In this document: positions 58,266 through 64,000 of the stretch, in pieces
How positions within the stretch are numbered: the first letter of the stretch is position 1
How the letters are laid out: every line of letters begins with the position of its first letter
Assembly (NCBI GenBank): GCA_002292285.1
Contig: DBBP01000021.1
Location: 12,328 to 76,327, forward strand
Source: Proteobacteria bacterium UBA981
GTDB taxonomy: Bacteria > Pseudomonadota > Gammaproteobacteria > Ga0077536
Reading direction: 5' to 3'
DNA: 64,000 nucleotides
Program-made: the position numbers and the translations under genes
The notes under the pieces: model-generated
What the model saw: only the letters and a program-made list of their open reading frames with translations
What the model was told of the DNA's origin: nothing
Databases searched by the model: none

Positions 58266-59915
58266 CTAGGAGAGGGTGACGCCGTCGTAGTCTTTTTCGG
58301 TGACCTGTTTCAGGGTGCGCAAATATTTAGGCCCGCCGCCGGTGTAGATGTTGTAACGGGTTTTGCCGTATTCGTGGCCTTCGATGTTGGAGTTGTAGCC
58401 TGTGATCCAGCTCTTGGCCTTGCGCATGAGCAGGCCCTGGTACATTTCCTTCACGTGTTCGAGCCAGACTTGTTCGGCGTCTTCATTGGCATTAAAGCGA
58501 CTTAGCTTGTTGGCCCACATGTATTCCAGTAACTCGGTTGTCCAATTAACTGCGAGCTCCGCGCCGCGCGGGAAATTGGTGGCTGCAGTCTGCGGCCCTG
58601 CCAACATGGCGAAGTTGGGCATGTCGTTAATCATCACGCCGAGGTAGGTAATCGGACCGGCGGCCCATTTATCACGAAGTTTGCGACCGCCCAATCCGCG
58701 GATGTCGATACGATCAAATGCACCGGTGAACGAATCAAAGCCCGTCGCATAAATAATCACGTCGAATTCGAATTCTCGATCAGACGTTTTCAGCCCGGTC
58801 GGGGTAATGCACTGAATAGGTGTTTCGGCTGAATCCACCAACTCAACGTTGTCGCGGTTGTAAGTCTCGAAGTAGTTCGTCTCCAATGGCACGCGCTGAA
58901 TTCCGAAGCCGTGATCTGTAGGAATCAGTTTCTCTGCGACCACCGGATCGTTTACGCGCTGGCGAATGCGATTCGCAACATAGGCCGAAAAATCTTCGTT
59001 GGCTTCTTCATCGGTAAATATCTCGACGAAATTTCTCAGCCAAATCGCGAACCCGGAACTGGCGTACAGGCGGTCCCACAACTCCAGACGCTCTTCTGGC
59101 GTCACATCGTGGTAGCCACGTCGATCCGGTTCATGCTCGAAGCCGCCCGGTGTGCGGTCACAAGTTGCGAAGATCTCGTCATAACGGGCGCGAATAGAGG
59201 CCATCTCCTCTTCTGATATCGGTCCGTTATTCAGCGGAGCCGCCCAATTGGGGCGCCGCTGAAAGACGGTTAAATCACTCGCAATTTTGGCGATCTCGGG
59301 AATGAATTGAATCGCTGTAGCACCAGTGCCAATCACCGCAACGCGTTTACCGGTGAGGTCAAAAGGCTCATGCGGCCAATAGAACGGATGAAACGCCGTC
59401 CCTTTGAAACTATCCATGCCCTCGAACTTCGGCAGGGTCGGTGTCGACAGGATGCCGACCGCGGTAATCACAAAATGAGTGGTCAGCTCGCGACCATCTT
59501 CCAGACTCACGGTCCACGTGTCGGTGTTCTCGTTAAACACCATGGCACTCACGCGGCACCCAAACTGCATGTACTCGCGGAGTCCGAACTTCTCTGTCAC
59601 GTAGTTGAGGTAGCGCAACGTTTCCGGTTGCGGGGAATACTGTTCACTCCAATGCCATTCGTCGAGCAATTCTTTTGAAAACGAATAGCCGTAGGTAAAG
59701 CTTTCCGAATCGAAACGCGCGCCCGGATAGCGGTTGTTGTACCAGGTACCACCGAGATCGCCATTCGCCTCCAGCACCGTCGCTTTCACACCGAGGTCGG
59801 CCAAGCGTTTGATCTGGTAGATCCCCGCGACGCCGGCGCCGATAACAATGACCTCGTAATCACGCGAAGCTGCCACGGTGTTCTCGGTAACGGCCTGTGC
59901 TGTCTGTCCACTCAT
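58266..59915 (-). CDS. Baeyer-Villiger-type flavin monooxygenase
   Basis: GAGVAG, GGTWYNNRYPG, FKGTAFHPFYWP (FxGxxxHxxxWP), GTGATA, YATGF. Confidence 0.93.
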   Translation of the reverse strand: MSGQTAQAVTENTVAASRDYEVIVIGAGVAGIYQIKRLADLGVKATVLEANGDLGGTWYNNRYPGARFDSESFTYGYSFSKELLDEWHWSEQYSPQPETLRYLNYVTEKFGLREYMQFGCRVSAMVFNENTDTWTVSLEDGRELTTHFVITAVGILSTPTLPKFEGMDSFKGTAFHPFYWPHEPFDLTGKRVAVIGTGATAIQFIPEIAKIASDLTVFQRRPNWAAPLNNGPISEEEMASIRARYDEIFATCDRTPGGFEHEPDRRGYHDVTPEERLELWDRLYASSGFAIWLRNFVEIFTDEEANEDFSAYVANRIRQRVNDPVVAEKLIPTDHGFGIQRVPLETNYFETYNRDNVELVDSAETPIQCITPTGLKTSDREFEFDVIIYATGFDSFTGAFDRIDIRGLGGRKLRDKWAAGPITYLGVMINDMPNFAMLAGPQTAATNFPRGAELAVNWTTELLEYMWANKLSRFNANEDAEQVWLEHVKEMYQGLLMRKAKSWITGYNSNIEGHEYGKTRYNIYTGGGPKYLRTLKQVTEKDYDGVTLS

Positions 59916-60285
59916 ACTATTTCTCTGCTGTGGGCGCGCCACGCGCCGCCTAAAACCGCTGTGATTCTACAAAACATTTCACCCGGCCAGTGGTAAATGT
60001 TGCCTTAGGCTTGCGACTCGGGGCCGGAGCTCTCCGCACTCAAGGCGTAGCATCGACAATCCTAATCGCAGGAGCAGCGCAGGCAGTCCGAGGGTAACCA
60101 GGCAGCAACGGCCTGGTCGAACCTCGCTAAACCTCGAGTCGGCTCCGCGTAGCGGATTCCCGCGGCGGCGAACTTGCACCGACCCGCGATCTGTCCTGCC
60201 AAGATTTTTCACATGCAGGAAAATATCCTAACCTATTGAAATATATAAATAATACATCCCATTTGGCCACACTACCGCGGGCGGC

Positions 60286-60376
60286 TGTCAATTCGATTGA
60301 CAACACACCGCAAAGCGCTTTATCAGGAATTACATAACCATTTGATTTTATTAAATAAATATAGCCCGAACATTGC
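60286..60376 (+). promoter_or_regulatory. Enhancer palindrome + IHF site + degenerate sigma54-like promoter
   Basis: TGTCAA-N5-TTGACA at 60286-60302; minus-strand AATCAAATGGTTA (IHF WATCAANNNNTTR) at 60335-60347; TAGCCC-N5-TTGC at 60362-60376. Confidence 0.55.
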
Positions 60377-60487
60377 GCTAATTGATGATTCAGAACGATC
60401 CTAAAATCCGATTGGTGGTAGATGCGGGGTCACGCAGTTAAAGCGTTAACCGCAAACTGGGCTACTGCCCACTAGGAGTCGAGAATA

Positions 60488-61054
60488 ATGCACAACGTTT
60501 CTGTCCTTGCCGCCACGTTATTGGCGTCGATTGTGGCCGCAGCACCAGGCCATGCTGTGTTAGTGAATTTCTCTGTGACAGGCTCCATATCGACGACCTG
60601 AGCCGCGGGAACCCGTACGGGGCAGCGCCAGGGTGGCATGGTCACCGCCACCGCCATGTTTGATGATGCTCTCACTGAAGCCAGCGACGGCAGCGCTGTT
60701 GAGTTTGGTACGACCGGCAATGCATCAACCGGTATGTTGATGATTAATATTGGCCGCCTGGAATTCACTCAGGTAATGGACACACGCCTTGCCGCTCCCG
60801 GAGCGCGTATTGTGCTTATGGATGGTAGCTTTTCCGGCATTGACTTCATGGCATCGCCGGGAACAAATGGCGCGCCGGCGAACCTGAGCTCGGACGGTGA
60901 AGAATTTGAGGGTTCCAACGATCTGTTTGGCGAATGGGATTTGAGTTCCGTCAGCATCACGCCAAAACAAGCCGCGGTGAATACGCCCGAGCCAGGAACT
61001 CAGCTACTCGCCGGATTGAGTTTGACTGGCGCCGCACGCGGACGCCGCAAATAA
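60488..61054 (+). pseudogene. Degenerate PEP-CTERM protein gene with in-frame stop
   Basis: Signal peptide MHNVSVLAATLLASIVAAAPGHA, TGA at 60599-60601, decayed tail TPEPGTQLLAGLSLTGAARGRRK. Confidence 0.7.
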
Positions 61055-61092
61055 CAACCACTTCTGTTCTCCGCTTTGCGCGGGCAAGAGAG

Positions 61093-61119
61093 AAAAAGGA
61101 CTTTCGGGTCCTTTTTTTT
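61093..61119 (+). terminator. Rho-independent (possibly bidirectional) terminator
   Basis: AAAAAGGACT-TTCG-GGTCCTTTTTTTT. Confidence 0.85.
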
Positions 61120-61319
61120 CGCGGACTGCAGGCGTGTTCGAAACCTGTTGGAATCAAAGGTCGTTAGGAGGTGAAAGGGAACCCAGGGTGTAGCAGACCT
61201 ATCGTCAGAAGCCCGCCCGCACACCGTCAAGGCATCGGTCAGGCTTCCCCCAACTGCAGTCCGAGACTGTAGACAGCCAATGTGGCCCACGCCACGTCCC
61301 GCCGGGTTCGCACGCACGC

Positions 61320-63668
61320 CTATGGCGATGTTGGTAGTGCGTCTTTGCCTGATCGCTCAGCAGGCTCATCGCCGGCACCCTCAATCTTCAGCAGGAGAGA
61401 TGGCAGCAATAAAAACACCGCTATCAATGCCACGCCGATGACCACAGCGGTGAGCAAACCCATGTCGGAATTCAGACTGAAACTCGACGTCGCCAGAGTC
61501 AGAAACCCGATCACCAAGGTGCTGGTGGTAATCACTAGCGCAGTCCCAACGGTGCGAAAGGCATAGCGAATTGCATCCTGTGGTGTCAGGCCCTGCTCTC
61601 GCCGCGCGCGTAAATACTTCGACAAAAAGTGCACCGTGTTGTCGACCACGATGCCGAACGACATGCCCGTCACAACAGACAGGGTCATGCCCACTTCACC
61701 GACGAATATGCCCCATAGACCGAATCCGACCGCAGCCGGAACGAGGTTCGGGATTAAACTCACCATGCCGATTTTAAATGAGCGTAGTGCCACCACCAGG
61801 ATGACCGAAATCGCCGCCAGGGCGGCTGACGTGCCGAGCAACATGGTGCGGCTGTTTCTTTGCCCAATGTTTGAGAAGGTCAGATTCGGGCTACCGCTAA
61901 TGACTTTCGTGATCGATGGCGCGTTCTCTTTCGCCCAGGCGTGAATGCTTTTATCCAGATCAAGAGAAGCCTGACTCGACAAAATACCGGTGGTGTGCGC
62001 GAGCTTAGTCGCAGATTTATCAACGTTGATCTGATTGTTAACGTCGAGACCGTAAGGCAGCGACATTTCGTAAAGCAGCAGATACTGAGCTGCCAATTCG
62101 CGATTGTCCGGCAGTGCGTAATGCGCTTCGTCATCGCCGTGCATACTCATGTTCAGCCGTTTCATGACGGTCGGAAAGCGGTCGACATGAATCGTACCGG
62201 GCTGAGATTCCATCCACTCGGATAGCCGCTCTACATCACGCAGAAAAGCCGGATTACTGATGCCGCCAGGCTCACCGGATTCCAACGAATAATCGTTAAC
62301 GTAGACGCCCGTCATGTTGTCGACCATAAAATCAGTGGCCGCACGGAATGCGATCGACTTCTCGAAGTAGTGCACAAAGACATCGTTGATTTCGTTGCGC
62401 GGTATGTTCGCGATCAGCACGCCAAAAACGATGAGTGTCGACCACAGCAGGGCGCGGTTTTTAGCAATCACAAAATCGGCCAGCTTGGCCATTATCTTGC
62501 CATCTTTTGCGTGCTCATCGGCTGGCATGCGGCGCGTGGGCAGTAAACTCATCACGGCCGGAAGAAACGTCACGGTCAGCACGAACGAGAACAACACGCC
62601 CATGCACACGATGTTGCCGAGATATTGAAACGGCGGCACGACGCTGAAGTTCATGCTCGTGAAACCGATCGCGGTTGTCGCGCTGGCGAGGAATACCGGT
62701 TGCAGGTTAATGCGAATACTTTCGTCCATCGCCTCTGCCCTGGTTTCCCCTTTGCGCAGCCCGTGCACGAAACTAACCAACACATGCACGCAATTGGCGA
62801 TAGCAACCGTCAGGATAATGATCGGTGCCGAAGCGGACATACTGGTCATCGGGAAACCGATGTGGCCGGACGCCCCCATCGCCGCAAGCACAGAACCAAT
62901 GATGATCATCATCGTGACCAGGGTACCTGCGATGCCGCCGACAAGGATTGCCACGACCACCATCATGAGACCGAAGCTGATTGGCACCAGGGTTGTGAAA
63001 TCAATAGCGGCGCTTTCCGAGAACGTGTTGTTCATCATCACGACGCCAGATAAATAGATATCGAGATCGGGGTATTGCTTCTTGATATCGGCTGCGATTT
63101 GCCTGGAGTGCGCGACCACCGGCGGCTCGGCTTCGCTGCGCCCCTCCGCTGGCATTGAGAACGTGATGTTGACCCCGGTCACGTGCCCTTGCTTGGAGAT
63201 CAATCGATTGATTAGGGCAGGCTCAGCGAATACGGCTTTTCTAACTGCCGCGAGATCTTCAGCGGAATAAGCAGACGCGTTCTTGACCATGTCACGTACG
63301 ACGAGGTCGTCTTCCTCGGCAGTGGTGTACTGGAAGTTGGTGATCGAATCGACCCGTCGCGAGAATGGCACCTGCCAGGCCTGCTCGGTCAGTTGTTCAA
63401 TCGCGGACAGGGTGCGTGCGGTAAATACGTCGCCGTCCTTAGGTGCGACGACAAAAATGACGTTATGACTCTCGTTATAGGTCGCTTCGATGGCCTCCAG
63501 ATTCAGGAGTTCGGGGTTATCCTCACTGAAAAAAACCCGATAGCTTGAATCGAAATAGAGCTTCGACAAACCGGTCGCGGGCACCACGACGAGCAAAATG
63601 CTGAATGCAATCACAATCCATGGATTGCGCACAATCCAGGCTGCATAAGCGGCTTCGAACTTCTTCAT
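61320..63668 (-). CDS. MMPL/RND superfamily exporter
   Basis: Two internal repeats, ATTAIGF, SLIPNLVP, GIVVDNTVHFLSKY. Confidence 0.9.
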   Translation of the reverse strand: MKKFEAAYAAWIVRNPWIVIAFSILLVVVPATGLSKLYFDSSYRVFFSEDNPELLNLEAIEATYNESHNVIFVVAPKDGDVFTARTLSAIEQLTEQAWQVPFSRRVDSITNFQYTTAEEDDLVVRDMVKNASAYSAEDLAAVRKAVFAEPALINRLISKQGHVTGVNITFSMPAEGRSEAEPPVVAHSRQIAADIKKQYPDLDIYLSGVVMMNNTFSESAAIDFTTLVPISFGLMMVVVAILVGGIAGTLVTMMIIIGSVLAAMGASGHIGFPMTSMSASAPIIILTVAIANCVHVLVSFVHGLRKGETRAEAMDESIRINLQPVFLASATTAIGFTSMNFSVVPPFQYLGNIVCMGVLFSFVLTVTFLPAVMSLLPTRRMPADEHAKDGKIMAKLADFVIAKNRALLWSTLIVFGVLIANIPRNEINDVFVHYFEKSIAFRAATDFMVDNMTGVYVNDYSLESGEPGGISNPAFLRDVERLSEWMESQPGTIHVDRFPTVMKRLNMSMHGDDEAHYALPDNRELAAQYLLLYEMSLPYGLDVNNQINVDKSATKLAHTTGILSSQASLDLDKSIHAWAKENAPSITKVISGSPNLTFSNIGQRNSRTMLLGTSAALAAISVILVVALRSFKIGMVSLIPNLVPAAVGFGLWGIFVGEVGMTLSVVTGMSFGIVVDNTVHFLSKYLRARREQGLTPQDAIRYAFRTVGTALVITTSTLVIGFLTLATSSFSLNSDMGLLTAVVIGVALIAVFLLLPSLLLKIEGAGDEPAERSGKDALPTSP

Positions 63669-64000
63669 CGGTACTTATCCTGACGTACATCACGGATGCA
63701 CAGGTCGGGCTACGTCGCTAGCCGCCAGTTGTTAGCGATAATAACCCACAATTCGCGTGCGTGGCGTTTGTGCGGGAGATTGGACGATGAGCGATACTGC
63801 GCGCAATGACGTTCCTACACGATATACCGCTAACGAGGCCCCCAAAGCGCGATGACCGAAACGCAACAAGCAATTCAATGCGATACACACGGTAGCAATG
63901 CCGGCGCTTATATCTGTCAGCATCTGAGCTCGGGGAAGAGACGCGGATTCCATTCTGGTCTCGACCCGCAACAGCCTTATGCGCTGTGCCCGGATGCCTG

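Noticed and set aside
59979-60212. Possible third degenerate PEP-CTERM tail on the minus strand (EVRPGRCCLVTLGLPALLLR)
   Set aside because: Lacks the PEP motif; similarity too weak
60599-60601. Selenocysteine recoding of the in-frame TGA
   Set aside because: No redox motif context or evident SECIS; other signs of decay (degenerate PEP-CTERM tail, broken sigma54 motif) favour a pseudogene

Overview
About 64 kb of moderately GC-rich bacterial DNA, most consistent with an environmental gammaproteobacterium (inferred from the TtpB/TtpC-type TonB operon and PEP-CTERM remnants). It is gene-dense and dominated by catabolic enzymes: two Baeyer-Villiger monooxygenases, three amidases, several alpha/beta hydrolases and SnoaL/NTF2 proteins, acyl-CoA enzymes and a PQQ dehydrogenase. 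Recognisable modules are: (1) a three-subunit cobalt nitrile hydratase/thiocyanate hydrolase-like operon in scnB-scnA-scnC order; (2) a class III nucleotide cyclase with non-canonical active-site residues fused to Lrp/AsnC-like domains; (3) a sigmaE-ChrR singlet-oxygen/furan fatty acid island (ufaD-ufaO-ufaM-like genes, MFS, SDR, photolyase, ahcY) with four readable TGATC(C/A)-N15-(G/T)CGT(A/G) promoters and a 10-bp duplication frameshifting ufaD; (4) a translationally coupled operon of an antiporter, a Rieske-FMN glutamate-synthase-like protein, a Rieske-ThDP enzyme and a hypothetical protein; (5) a TonB/Ttp operon; (6) stand-alone soxCD plus a DUF442-like protein; (7) several REP/REPIN-like palindromes next to gene remnants. 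No rRNA, tRNA, CRISPR array or intact transposase was seen. All calls come from motif recognition by eye; no database searches were run.
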